From Octopus vulgaris (Eukaryota), in NCBI GenBank assembly GCA_951406725.2, contig OX597815.1, forward strand, positions 172,236,001 to 172,300,000: 64,000 bases of DNA, given 5' to 3'. This document shows positions 41,051-56,510 of the stretch, piece after piece. The notes beneath the pieces were generated by a model, which was given only the letters and a program-made list of their open reading frames with translations, had not been told where the DNA came from and did no database searches. The translations under genes were made by a program, and so were the position numbers. Numbering within the stretch: the stretch's first letter is position 1; each line of letters begins with the position of its first letter.

Positions 41051-44000
41051 ATAAAAACGGTAAGACAACAAAAGAAAGAAAGAGACCTCGATATTATGTA
41101 AATAGAGGAATTTATCTGTAAATGTAATATGTGACAATTATTTGGTAGCCATGATAAAACTCTGAGTTTCAAATGTCGAGGTGGAAATCCATGCTGCTAT
41201 CTCTTCAGTTATCCAGCCATCGGAAAAATGCCTAAGATAAATAAATGTATGAGATGGAAAGCTTTCTTTTACATAAGATAAATAAACACATTTTTCCGAT
41301 GGCTGGATAACTGAAGAGATGGCGGCATGGATTTCCACCTCGGCATCCGAAGCTCGGAATTTTATCATGGCTACCAAATAATTATCACATATTACATTTA
41401 CAGATATATATATAAAGGGTAAAAAACCCCATTGGTCAACTGGTCATGAATGACCATGGGATTGCACTTGGAAAGTTACTCTTCAAGGTACAAGTCTGAG
41501 CAAGGTTGCTTATGGAAGACAAGCAGTTGCCCATGCATACCAGCCTCCCCTCTCCACACCACCAATGTTGTCCAAGGGAAAGGCAAAAGCTGATAAAGCT
41601 TGGCACCAGTGACATCACAACTCATTTCTACAACTGAGTGAAATGAAATAACATGACATAAAGTGTCTTGCTCAAGAATACAACACACAGTCCAGTCCAA
41701 GAATCAAACTCACTACCTCATGATTGTAAGCCCAGCACTTTAACCACAGAGCCATGCTCCTTCACATCAATATATATGTTTTCAGTAGGAAACCATGCCA
41801 GAATAGATAATGGACAATGGTGTGGCCCCCTAGCCTTACAATCTCCTGTCAAACTACTTAACCCATGCCAACATGGAAAATGGACGTTAAATCATGATGA
41901 TGGTGGTGGTGGTGATGGTGGTGGTGGTGGTGGTGGTGGTGGTGATGATAATAAGGAATAGGTTAATGTATGTATGTATGTATGTATGTATGTATGTATG
42001 TATGTATATGTGCAGGTTTGTATGTTTTGTTTTATGCATGTATTCTCATGCATATAGTTGCATATATAAACATGCTCATATATATTTAAATGTATGTGAT
42101 TGTTCAGTTTTATTTCAAGATTTCTTGTCAATAGAGAAAGAGCCAGTTTCTAACCAAGATCCAAGGCACCTTCATTGGAATGTATGTATATATGTATGTA
42201 TATTGAATCCACAATAAACTTCTCGCTTTAGGTTCATTATAAATGTCCTAGCTATATTTCCTAACTTACACAAATAAGTAGAAGTATAGTTAAGAGGAAA
42301 ATTTTCTCACCACACCCCACACCCACTCTGGTACTGGTACTAGGGTGGCGAGCTGGCAGAATCGTTAGCACACCGAGCGAAATGCTTAACGGTATTTCGT
42401 CTGCCGTTTACGTTCTGAGTTCAAATTCCGCCGAGGTCGACTTTGCCTTTCATCCTTTCGGGTTCGATAAATTAAGTACCAGTTATGCACTGGGGTCGAT
42501 ATAATCGACTTAATCTGTTTGTCTGTCCTTGTTTGTTCCCTCTGTGTGTAGCCCCTTGTGGGCAGTAAAGAAATAGGTACTGGTGCAAAGATCTGCAAAA
42601 TTTCCACTACTATACCAGGCCTGTTAATTAAGATGACAGGTGCCTAAAGTGTCTCTAGCTCTGAGTACTGAGAACCCTTGATATGCTTCCACAAACGAAT
42701 TATATATCTGAAATTTTAATTTATTTATTTTTTTGATAAAACACTTCGTATTCATTTTATTTTATTCTATTTTAGAAATTGCTGCAACAAAAAGGACAAT
42801 GATTCAGAAGAGAATAGTGAAGAAAATAAACATATGGCAAGAGAAACAGAGCTTGAAGAAGAACTCATGTGAGTTTTAGAATAATTAATTCTTACCTCAA
42901 ACTATCACGTAGGTTGCTTATGGATGTTGTTAGATAACCTGTTATATTGATGATTAACAAATTCTGTTCCATTATAAATGGTTCTTAGTCTGCTCTAATT
43001 GATCTTTGTTAAGTTCCTATATACCATATCTTCCATATTGTTCTCTTATAGGCAATTAGCAATCATCTGATTACTCTTACTCATTCACTGACTTTTCATT
43101 GGTGGTATTAGTCACATAAGTTTGTCCAATGTTCACTGAATTTCTTTATCACAACCCAAACCATATGTTTTTTACTTAAACTGAGCAAGTTCTAAAAAGT
43201 ATCATCTTCCCATTTCTTTTTTGTCTTTCTGTGTAATTGTGAGCTTTTCATAAATGAATTCTGTGAAATAAAGTTCACAGTATTTTTTTCTCTTGATCAG
43301 TGTCACCTTAATACAATAATGGGCAACCTACCACCCATGGGATTTTCTGTATGGCATGCTTAATGAAAAAAATAGTTTTAAATTTTTTTGTAGTGTAGCC
43401 CACATGATGATGAACTATGCATTATGTAGCCTACTTCGCAAAAAAGATTGCCCATGCCTACCGTAACCCATTAACATCTAAACTAGCCCTTTCCAGCCAA
43501 AATATTCTATCACTTTTATGTTCAAACTTACCAGATCTAACATGTCATACCTACCCTACAATGCCATTATGAAAATAAATAATCACATCATTGAAATCAT
43601 GAAGCCACAAGATAAGCATGATAAATTCAAAACAATATGAATAAATAAGCATTACATTTGACAGAGTAATCTGAATGCTAAAGAGGTAATACATTACTTG
43701 TTCTGTGAATGAGCTTTCTTTCTCTTCTTCATTGACTTCTACTTTTCAATAAATCTAACATACATTGCTTAACTCAACTTTCTGGATGTTTGTATTTTCC
43801 AGGGAAACCAAGTGTACTTTAGCTAAAGTACTAAACACTTTAACAACTTACCAAGAGACAATAGCCAGAAAAGATTTGATAATCTTACAATTAGACCAGC
43901 ATCTTGAAGAACTCGAAATGAGTTCACAACCAGGTTTGAAAAAGTAAATATCAAATTTCTTTATGATTTTTGAAAGCCGCATTTTCATCTTGGGGAAGAG

Positions 44001-44983
44001 ATGGAAGTCCACAGGGGTTAAATCTGGCATGTTGTTTTGGGCTAGAAACTCATGAGTGAGGAGAGCTCAATGACAGGGTGCATTATCATCATCTTCATCA
44101 TCATCATCATCATCGTTTAACGTCCGTTTTCCAAGCTAGCATGGGTTGGGCAGTTCAACCGGGGTCTGGGAAGCCAGGAGGCTGCAACAGGCTCCAGTCT
44201 AATCTGGCAGTGTTTCTAAAGCTGGATGCCCTTCCTAACGCCAACCAATCCATGTGTGTAGTGGATGCTTTTTACGTGCCACCGGCACAGGTGCCAGGGG
44301 AGGCTGGCAGCAGCCACAATCGGTTGGTGCTTTTTACATGAAAAATCCCACAGATCTGGTCACTTTCGCTGAATGTCCTTCCTCAAGTACTTCAAAACGT
44401 TGTGGTAGAACTCTCGATTAAGAGTCTAGTCCTGGGGGATGAATTCTCAATGCACAATATTGTGGATCACAAAATAAAAAAAAAAGGTAACATGCTCTAG
44501 ATTGAACTGCAGCGCTATCATCATGGAAATTAAGAGTTCTTCCATTGTGATGACTGATACTGCATCTCAAGGTCATACCTGTAGACCCAACTCTTGTCAT
44601 CTGTGATGATCCTTGACATGAAGGATGAGTCATCTGTGGCCCACTGATAGAGATCTTGATAGACTTTGATCTGATGTCCATGACAAAACTGCAAAATACA
44701 GTATACATGTAATCACAAAAAAAAATTTTTACAACTCGCAAAGTAAACACAATGATGTCACTCAGCATACTATCTCATGAAGGTCACTGCTAACTCTCAT
44801 TGAGCACACAATCATGTGCTGTCATCTGTTGGCATGCTACAGAACTAGTCCAGGAACATTTTGATACCATCTTGTACACACACATATATAGAGAGAGACA
44901 GACAGGCAGACAAAGAGACAGACAGAGAGTGAGAGAGAGAGAGGGGGAGGAAGGGAGGAATGGATAGATAGATCGATAGATAG

Positions 44984-45079
<96 letters not shown>

Positions 45080-45606
45080 GAATACCATGTTTGTATATGC
45101 AACAGCTGTTTTGTCTCAATACTCACACCCTCAGCATACACACATACAGCACACATAGGCACAGCACACACAGACATACATATATCTTCATGAAATTAAC
45201 TAATCTATGCATACACATTCAATCAATATTTTCCGCATTCAGTTTATAGTTTTAATGATATTGTTTCACTCATAGCAAACACTAAAATTGAATAAACTCT
45301 GATTTTAATTATTCTACATACATGTCATACTTTCAGTGAGAATGCTTCGAAAAAAATCAAAGAGATCCAAGAACATATTCGAGTTTTGCAAAATAAGAAT
45401 CGTTTCCTCAATAAGGAAGTTCAAAGACTTGCAACATTTCGTCAGCAAGATCAGTTGAAATACGCTGACCAATACGAGTATGTAAATATATATATATATA
45501 CATTTATTCATTATCGAATTGTTTTTTTTATTTAAGTCATTTCTATTTGGGTGAGATATCTGGTTTAAACATCTTTTTCTTATTTTTCTTGTTGTAGTAG
45601 CAGTAA

Positions 45607-45673
<67 letters not shown>

Positions 45674-47082
45674 TTTCATGGAGAATTGTGCTGCTGCTTC
45701 TACTGCTACTGTTACTGCTGCCACTGTTGTTGTTGCTGCTACAACTACTGCCACTGCTGCTACCACCACTGATGCCACTGCTGCTGCTGCCACTGCTGTT
45801 GTTGTTGTTGTTGTTGTTATTTAACCTCATGTCATCTCTAATCAAACATAACAGCTACTGAAGTTTTTCCAGCTGGGATCATTATGCTTTTTTTTTTGTT
45901 TTTTCTTCAGACTTGTCATCTCTAGGATTACATTTCTACTGTGTCTTCTTTTGAAGCAGTTTTGTTGTAATTTAAAGAAAATTTGGTAGCTATTTCTAAC
46001 AAGTCAAACAACTCCACAGAGACTTCCTTTTTAGCTTTTTATCACTGGTTATTACAGTACCTTACCACAGCTCATAAGAGGCAAAGCATTTTCAGCTCAG
46101 TATTATCATGAACATTAGTTCTATAATCTAAAATCAGTCAAGTACACATTTCATAGATCTGCATGAGACCCATTGCTGCCAGTGAGTCTTTCTAAATGGC
46201 ATATCTAAAGAAAAACTACCTTGAATTTTTCTTAGTAGTGTGGTCTGCCTGATGGTGAACCAAGTTCTATGCAGCTTCCTTCCCAAAAAAGTTTGTCCTT
46301 GCCTGCATGAGACAATAAGTTGGCTAATGAAAATGTGACAAGAAATCAATAAAATAAAATACTATTATCTTCTCTCCTTGTCTTGTAACAGATTTAACCT
46401 TGGGTGGGGATAGGGGTTAAGCCAGCTCCTATTGAGGTCACAACGTCACGGGTCAAAGTGGTCCATGCACGTCTGTTGGTAGCCAATTCTGCAGCATGTT
46501 GAAGGCATTCCCAGTTCCAGTGATGAACACCAAAGACTCAAGGGCCAGAAACAAGTTCCATATCTGCTTTGACTGTTGTGATCCACGTCTTCAGCTGACC
46601 ACGTCTCCACTTATGCCAACCAAGGAGAGGATCTGGTGCTATTACCTTCTAAACAAGTTCATCATGGCAAGTTCATCATGGCAGTCCCAGTACTGTCAAG
46701 AGCAGTATATTCCAGTACAAACATGGTAATAAACAGATTAATACCCTCACTTGGCTCTTGGCTGCCTTTAGCAGAGGAGTTGCAAGTGTTTTCAGGCAGG
46801 TTTTCTGTTTAAAGATACCTTCCTGCTTTCCATCAGTCTCAGACACTTTGAAAAAAGTCATGAGAACTAACCTCCTTCCTGGTTAAATGGTGAAAAATAA
46901 AATACAGCTATTGAACAAGTGAAAAATAAAAATCTAAGGCAGTATTTTTAAATCCTGACTTATATCCCATCATATCTTTTTTTTTTAGGATATATCTTTT
47001 ATCTTTTGGTTGTTTCATTCATTGGACTGTGACCATGCTAGGGTATCACCTTTAAGGGTATAGTTACCAAGTGGGGACAAAC

Positions 47083-47122
<40 letters not shown>

Positions 47123-47132
47123 CACACACGCG

Positions 47133-47165
<33 letters not shown>

Positions 47166-48669
47166 ATATACAATGGGTACCTCACAGTTCCTGTCTACCG
47201 AATTCACTGACAAGGTATTGGTTGGCCTGGCACTATATTAGAAGACATTTGCTCAAGGTGCCACATATTGGGACTGAACTTGAAACCACATAGTTGCAAA
47301 GCAAAATAGTTCTTTTTTTTCTTTTTTTTCCATATTAAAAAGTAAGCATATAATAAATACATTGAGGACAAGAAAGAAACAAACATAGAAAAAAACCATT
47401 TTAACGGTGAATCTTAAAGTGGATGCTGCTATAAAAATATCATGTAATATATTGGTTTAAAGAAATCCTTGGATGAAAATGCAGGTTCTATTACTCTTGG
47501 TAACCTTCAGACATTTTTTTCATCCAAGAGTTTGCTTGCTTTTTTTAACCCTAATTATCACATATTATTTATAGCTGTATCCACTTTCAGATTCACCATT
47601 GCAATAATTTCTCCCGTAGTCTTTCAAAGCTTCTACATTTTCATAAGCAAAAAAGAATATCATCTATTAGAATTAGTTCTAATTTAATAATTATCATACT
47701 CTTTTACTTGTTTCAGTCATTTGACTGCAGCCATGCTGGAGCACTGCCTTTAGTTGAGCAAATCAACCCCAGGACTTATTCTTTGTAAGCCTAGTACTTA
47801 TTCCATTGGTCTCTTTTGCCGAACTGCTAAGTTATGGGGACGTAAACACACCAGCATCGGTTGTCAAGCGATGTTGGGGGGACAAACAGAAACACATAAA
47901 CATATACATACACATACATATACATATATACATATATACGACAGGCTTCTTTTAGTTTCCGTCTACCAAATCCACTCACAAGGCTTTGGTCAGCCTGAGG
48001 CTATAGTAGAAGACACTTGCCCAAGGTGCCATGCGGTGGGACTGAACCCAGAACCATGTGGTTGGTAAGCAAGCTACTTACCACTCAGCTACTCCTGCGA
48101 TTATAGGTTATAAATCTTTCAGATTTAACTATGTTAGTGAATATGTATCACAATATCATAGAGTTGTGATAAACAATGTTTTATTTGATTTATGCTTCTT
48201 TTAATAATGAAAAAAAAAACAGTGAAATTTAATGTTTTCTATTGATTTGAAGAATCACTAGAGCATTAGGGAAAAATACTTTGCATATTTGTTCTGGCTT
48301 TTTATATTCTGAATTCAAATATTGCCAAGGTCAATTTAACTTTCCATCTCTCCAAGGACAATAAAATGTATCAGTAAAATATTGAGGATTGATGTAATCA
48401 ATTAACCTCTTCCTCAAAACTGCTGGCCTTGCACCTACATTAGAAACAGTAAAAGGTGACAAGCTGGTAGAATCATTAGCACATGAGACAAAATGCTGAA
48501 TAGCATTTAGTTTGTCTTTATGTTCTGAGTTCAGATTCCACCGAGGTTGACATTGCTTTTCAGTCTTTTGGGATCGATAAAATAAGTACCTGCTGAGCAG
48601 TGGTGTGGGGTCAATGTAATCGCACCCCAACCAAAAAATTTCAAAAATCTTGTGCCTATATTAGAAAGA

Positions 48670-48710
<41 letters not shown>

Positions 48711-51700
48711 GGTGGTGAGCTGACAGAATCATTAGCACACTGGGCAATAAAATAAGTACCAGTTGAATATTTGGGTCGATGTAATCAACTCATCTCCCCA
48801 ACACCAAAATTACTGCCCTTGTGGCAAAATTTGAAACCATTATTATTATTATTATTGTCGGCGGCGGCGGCGGCGTTGTCGTCGGCGGCGGCGGCGTTGT
48901 CGTCGGCGGCGGCGGCGTTGTCGTCGGCGGCGGCGTTGTCGGCGGCGGCGTTGTCGTCGGCGGCGGCGGCGTTGTCGTCGGCGGCGGCGTTGTCGTCGGC
49001 GGCGGCGTTGTCGTCGGCGGCAGCGTCTAAACCATTCAAATGTCATAAAAATTATGAATTACAGATACAGACTTGAAACAAGATCATTGCATAATCTGGA
49101 TCTTTAAGTCACATTTATAATAACAATAAAAAAAAATTCTTAATCCTCAATCAATTCCAATAGGCTTTAGTTCACAAAGTTTATCACTGTTTATCTTTAG
49201 TGAATATCACTGTTTATCCACAAGTTTATCCTTAGTTCACAAAGTTTGTCACTGATATATTGTGGTAAATTTCTAATCTTCAAAATTTAGAAATGTAAAA
49301 TAACAAATGTCCGAAACTTTACAAACATTTACAAGGAAACATAGGCACAAGATTGGTTGTGTGGGTTCAGAAGCTTGTTTTGCAAGTATGTGATTTCAAG
49401 TTCAGTTCTACTCCATGGCACCTTAAGTAAATGTCTTCATCATTACCGTTTAATGTCCATTTTCTATGCTGGCATGAGTTGGATGGTTTGACAGGAGCTG
49501 GCCAGCTAAAGAACTGTTTTGACTCCAGTTGTTTGTTTTGGTATGGTCTCTACTGCTGGATGCCCTTCCTAACACCAACCACCTTACAGAGTATGCTGGA
49601 TGCTTTGGGCATTCCACCAGCATGGCTGCATTTTTTGTGGTACCAACACAAGTGCATTTTATATGGCATGTGAATGAATTTGGCAGACAGAAACTCTGTG
49701 GAAGTTTGTTGTATATATGTGTGTATATGAGTTTTTATGCCTGTGCTGCCTCTCATCACCACCACTTTACAACTGGTATTGTAAAGTTGTAATAGTGGTG
49801 GTAGTGGTGATGGTGGTGAGAGACATACACATTACATCTCCACAACTCAGCGATCCAACAAAAAAGACCAACAGCATAAGTCCCTGACTTTAAAAAAGAA
49901 TGTAAATCCTGGGGTCAATTTATTCAACTAAAATTCAACAAAGTGGTACCCCAGCATGGCCATAGTCCAATGACTGAAGCAAGTAAAAGATAAAAGATAA
50001 ACTTGTTTTTTATGCAGTAAATATATTTAAACTGATGGATGTGTTTCTTATTGACATTTTAGTGAAATAAAAATCTTAGAATCAGAAATTTATTCATGTA
50101 AAAGGGAATTCTGCCATTTGATCCAGTCATGCATAAAGTTTCCTCAAAGTGAAAATATTGATGAATCACAGTTTATCTCTACAAATCAGACCTATGTAAG
50201 AATTTTTATTTTAGTTACTGTTAATATTTGTTTTGAATTGTTATAAATAACTGTAAATGTTAGCATGAAATGAGTTCAAGGGCTTTTTTAACTTTTCATT
50301 CATAAATCTGAAGCAGCAATGTCCATAGCTTTTTACTTTTTGCTGAATTGCTGGGAAAGAAAATACCTGGATGAGGTTAGAAAAATTAATTTTTGTTTTG
50401 TATCCTCACATGTGAATAAAATAACATCATTCCTTATCAGATACCAAACAAGAGAGTTGTGTATGAATGAAGCTGTGAAGAAAAAAACAATGTTAACAGT
50501 TTGAATATTTATTAAATCTATAAATTGTGGTTGAATCTAAGAAAATGCAAGATCACTGAAGAAAATTATTTGCAAGTCTGAAAAGCTTATTTTAATATTT
50601 GAAACTGTTGAGACATTTGGATCTGTCTCTGAGTAGTGAAATAACTCTGAGGAAGAAGGACTGAGTAACGATTGAATACAAAGCTGAAAAAGTAACATAC
50701 AGTGATGTGGTAGGAGAGCTTAATATCAGCAGATGGAGGAAGCAGATGTTGCTGTCGTAGTTGTGTCAGTAATATATAGAGAACCCATTGATTGTACATA
50801 TAATTATAAAGTGTTATTGAAATTAGGGCTTTAACCCTTTAACATTCATATTTCTCTGTCAAATGTAATGCTTATTTATTCACATTGTTTTGAATTAACC
50901 ATGCATTCTCTTGTAGCTTTAAGATTTTGATGATGTGATTGCACATTTTTAGAATAATATTGTCAAATAAGTGTGAGAGACCAGATCTTGAACATAAAAT
51001 AGATAGAATATTTAGACCAAATATGACCAGTTTAAATTAGATTTCAAATTTTAAAACTTATTGATGCTTATTTACCTTTCATTCTTGTGTACATAATAAA
51101 ATAAGTACTCATAAACTAACAAAGGCATTTGTAGAGAGGCCTGATCCCATAATAAACATAATTTTTTTTCATTTGTTTCATTTTATTTTATAATTTTAAA
51201 TATTTGTCCAAATCTTAAGTATGGTAGTCAAATATTTATATATATTTTGTATTCCTGTATAAACTTTCTTAGTATAAAGAAAAAGTTTGCAAACTTCTTG
51301 AAGAAGCAAGACAAACAAATCCCAGTTTACCAGTATATGAGAGGTAAATTATTTTTTTATTTCTTTTATAACATTTTATATATTTTTATTGATTTCTTAG
51401 ACATGAAATTGTAGATACACATGAAAAAGACACTTTTTTTAGTCCCATTTTTTAAGAGGTTATGGTTTTTGTTGAAGGAAGTTAAACTACCTCCTCAGTA
51501 TATCAGTGAGTATTTAGCACTCTTACTTCACCAGTCAGGGATCTCATCACAGGCTGGCAAGACCTGCTTCTGGTACCATGTAAACCAGTACTACCTGTTC
51601 CATGGTTGAGTGCCCCATTTGTGTAGCTTACTATTCTTGTGAGGAGGGTGTCTGGACACCTAGATGGACTAAAATCAAGACCAACTGAAGAGTGGTTGAG

Positions 51701-54700
51701 CTCCTTGTGGGCCGCCATCCAGCTGGTGAAGGCAATGGCAAACCATTCCAAGAAAACACTATAAGAATGTCAGAACAAAGTAATGTTATAACTTTATCTG
51801 ATGGGTGAACTCACACTTAATCAAGAAAACTTTCATTGTAGTGTCATCAGCACACTGCAAAAGCATAAGATGCATAACAATGACAACTTCACCAAAACTC
51901 AAGGAAAAATAGATACCATGTACTATACATACTTTTCACAGAGCCTTATTTTCCAAAATAGATAAATTTAGTTTTAGCAAGCTAATTTTATTCCATTAAA
52001 TAAATTTTGTTAATTATTTTATAACCATTTGATATCTTTTCACTAGGCTGATAGCTAAACAGGTTCATGTTGACAGTTATGGCTTTAAACATGTACATAG
52101 TACTTCAGATATGGCCATACACTATACATGCCAGCAGCTCTCGTTACACTACAGCAAACAACTAGAAAACTATGACTGTAACCAAATACAATGGAAAATT
52201 TTCACTAAAAACCTAAACACTCCAACTGAATGGTGGAAAAATAAGAAAAAGGTACTGTCATAATTTAATTCATAAATATATATTTTTTTGATTAAACATA
52301 CAAAATCTTGTACAAAAGAACCCTTTTCTATTTGCTTCATTCAAAAACTGCCTCTCTTAAAGGTTACTTCATTGGTTATAATTGTGAAAATGAAATTTTA
52401 AAACTAATTGAATCAGTTGGAAATTGAAACCTCTACACCAGCCACAGGTGTTATATGACATAGAAAGGATTCTGAAAAAGATAGGGTACCTTATTTGTCT
52501 GAATAAACCTTAAAATAGTCCAATCAATTCAAAAAGACTTCAGCTCATGATCATCTATTTTGCAGACTTGTTATACTAAACAGGACACTGAAACTGGTAA
52601 AAACAATAAATAAGTGGTCTAGACATTTTATTGTATTTCACCTCACAAAGCAACTTTTGTAACACAGTCACATTTACCTGTTATTACCTGAAGGTTAATT
52701 AAATGAGTACCTGTAAAGTAGTCAGAGTTTTTGCTTGACAAGTTAACAGAGCTTTAGTTTTCTAACCAATGGATCATCAGCTATTTATCTATGTACTATA
52801 CTGATATCAAAGCAAAGACATTTAATACTGAATAAATCAGTCTTTCTTATCATAAGAAGTACAATTTACCACTGTTGACAAGTTCACTGTGTAACAGACA
52901 AATGATTTCTTACTCAGCAGGGCTGAACTTAAATATCCACAAGATCTAAAGAAGGGTAACTGGAAACTATTTGAATCATAGCATGAAGATGAAGACAATG
53001 TCTTTGATGATGCCCCACCCCCAATGACCCAATTGGCTATGGACATTGCTCAGTTGCTAGAATTTATCTTAATGATATCCCACTCTCTCTCTTTCTCTCT
53101 CTCTCTCTCTCCCACTTTCTCTTTATCTGACTGTCTGTCTGTCTCAAGAGAAATCAAAAGAAATCATTATTAGCTATGTTTAACTTTATTTGACTGAAGA
53201 CTCTATGTTCATTGTGGTTCATTCAAGAAAAGATGGTTTGTTAATAGACAGACATACTGGTGTTGGAAGTTTGACTGAGTTTGTTTCAAAGAATTTATCA
53301 AGATGCGTGTAGAATGTATTAAAATCTTTTGTTTGATGTTTTTCAAAATAGTACTGAGCAAAACTGGGCTGATATTTTTTTGAGACAAACAATTTTATAA
53401 TGAATGTATGTATTGTCAATTTAGTTTCTACCATACCATAAAAGAAAAATCAAAGCCCCAATCTTGAGAGGATGTTAATTATGACTTTTAAATGTTTTAG
53501 TTTGTCAGATTTATTTGAAAGAAAGGTGTTTGATGTTTTTTAATTTGATCTTCTTTCCAACCAAATTAACTTAGAATTATTCTGTTTAGATCCTGTACAA
53601 TATACTTCTATTCTAATTATATTATAATTTTATACTGTCATCCAAAAAATTCTATTTAATTATTTGTTTATTTTTTTACTTATATATTTTCCAGAAAAAG
53701 GAACTGAAATTGCTTGGTCGCAAAGGGATACCTGACCAGTTCCGTGGAAAGCTTTGGAGTTATTTTATTAAATTAAAGTTAGAAAATATGATGTCTGATA
53801 AAGGACTTCATTATTTTAGTAATCTATGTAATATTCAAATTGATTGTCAGGTACAACTGTTTTTTCTTGTTGATATAAACTGTATTTTATAAATGCTTTT
53901 GTGGTTATTTTCGGTTGTCATGAATTCTGTAATATTTTTATTTATTTATGCACCCTTTTCCCGGTTTCTGTGATGTATGTGTTCCCCCTAGCAGGACAGG
54001 ACACCAGTCCATCACAGCGTTCCTCAAGAGTCAGGAAGAAAGAGTGAGAGAAAGTTGGGGCGAAAGAGTACAACAGGGGTTGCCACCACCCCCTGCCAGA
54101 GCCTCGTGGAGCTTTAGGTGTTTTTGCTCAATAAACGCACACAACACCCGGTCTGGGAATCGAAACTGTGATCCTCCAACCGTGAGTCCGCTGCCCTAAC
54201 CACTGAGCCATTGCACCTCCACTCTGTAATATTAGGACTTCATAAACGAATGAGCAACTCAAAAAATTGATTAATTCATTTGTTTCTATTTGAATAGTTA
54301 TCTCGACAAGAGCTGCAAATTTAAGACGTTCATTAGTTAGAAAATATAAACAAGAGACGTTTTAATTTGAACAATACATTGCATTCTTATACATTGATAT
54401 TGCCACAGTTGATATTGCCACAGTTGATATTGCCACAGTTGATATTGCCACAGTTTTTGAGGTAGATTGAAAATCAGATGTCTCTAAATAAATGTGGATT
54501 TTAACTTGTTGGAGAATAAATAACAGGATTTCTGGAGCTAGTGGTCCTATGGGAATTTGTAATTAATATTAATCAATTGGCTAGGTTTGTCAAAGTTCTT
54601 TTATTGCCATTCACCACAGACCTGAAGCAGATTCCAAGTAGAGAGACCATGTCATTGATGAGGTAATAAATAGTGACAAAAAGACTTTAACAAACTTAGC

Positions 54701-54849
54701 TAACTGATGGATTAACTGGACAGTTAATCAAACCATTGACTGCTTAATTAAATGTTAATGAATTGACATTATTACCACTGCATAATTCAACAAAGTATTA
54801 AACTACATGGAAGAAAATGTATCAGCATGTTAAGTAACCCTAGCTACTG

Positions 54850-54880
<31 letters not shown>

Positions 54881-54920
54881 ACTCACTCACTCACTCACTC
54901 TCTATCTATCTGTCTGTCTA

Positions 54921-54953
<33 letters not shown>

Positions 54954-56463
54954 TTATCTATCTATATCAATATTCTCTCTTATACTCTAAACTCCAGACT
55001 GGAATGCTATAGTTAAACTTTCCTTCCCAATTACTAAGCTGCAATAATTTCTTACAAAATATTACCTTCAGTACTTTCACATGATCATCATGCCAACTGC
55101 AGCTCAAAAGAGTATCATAAGGAACCATTTCCCACCATCTAACATATAAAAAAAGTTCCCTGGATAATAATATCCCCTCCACTCACCCATCAAACTATAA
55201 ACTAGAGCAACAAATGAAGTTTGTGACTTACCACCAAGTGCTTGATAAACTATTCCTCCATCACCAATTTATTGATCATACCAGATTAGGGTTCCTTAAT
55301 TTACAATATTTTCATGACAATAACACAGTGAGCTGACAGAACCATTAGCATACTGGGCAAAATGCTTAGCGGCATTCTGCTCATTTTTATTTTCTGAGTT
55401 CAAATTCTATTGAGATCAACTTTGCCTTTCATCATTTCAGGGTTGATAAAGTGACCAGTTAAACACTTACCCTATACCATTACATTGCTGGGCTTTTGGG
55501 GTCCATAAAATAAATACTAGTTGAGCACTGGGGTTGATGTAATTGACTTACACACTTTCCCAAAATTTGAAACCAAACTTTTTACAACAACGCCTTGATT
55601 TTACCATTTAGTAATTTTTAGAGGTTAAATCAATATAATTTAAACCCATAGACAACATATTGTTCTTCTTGCCAGAAAAAAAAAAGCTAATTCAGCCTAA
55701 CAGGAACTAATGTTAAGATTAAATCGTAAAATATACATTGGGATAATTTTTGTTTGTATCACTCCTTCTAGAATTTATCTATTTCAGAAGTTCTAGAAAT
55801 ATAAAATTCCATTTGCTTCATATTTACAGTCGGCTGCTAAATATCGACGACAAGTCTTTGTTGATCTCTTACGAACAATGCCAAATAATGTTAAGTTTTC
55901 ATCAGCAGAGAGTAAAGGGGTGAGCCAAATTTTCAATATTTTGTTGTCATTTCATTTACTTTTTTTCTTTAGATAAATATTGCATTACTCTATATTCCAA
56001 CATCATAAGTATAAGGAAGAAAATGCACCAAAGTTAACAACCAGAATAAGTCTTCTTTATTTCAACATAAACCTTGTAATTACAGCCATCGTCTACAGGT
56101 TTGTATGATATGGAAGTATGTATTACACCTTTGCAGAAATGTGGCTTAATAGAATTACTTAAAGTGATTCTACAATCTTTATAACACTTTAACCCTTTTG
56201 AATATTCTACCTGTTTAGTCAAATCAGCCTGATCCAGACTCCCACATGTCCCATATAATGATATTGTAAAAATAAAGGTGTAGGAATGGCTGTGTGGTAA
56301 GTAGCTTGCTTACCAACTACATGGTTCCGGGTTCAGTCCCACTGCACGCCACCTTGGGAAAGTGTCTTCTACAATAGCCTCGGGCCGACCAAAGCCTTGT
56401 GAGTGGATTTGGTAGACGGAAACTGAAAGAAGACCATCATATATATGTATCTAAATATATATG

Positions 56464-56510
<47 letters not shown>

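Noticed and set aside
48771-49076. Poly-Ala, Gly-Val and Arg-rich ORFs
   Set aside because: They are products of the GGC/GTC repeat, with no splice or homology support.
55985-56090. Minus-strand peptide [16 protein letters not shown] reminiscent of the TBC 'EEDAFW' motif
   Set aside because: Short, bounded by stops and lacking the YxQ motif; probably coincidence.
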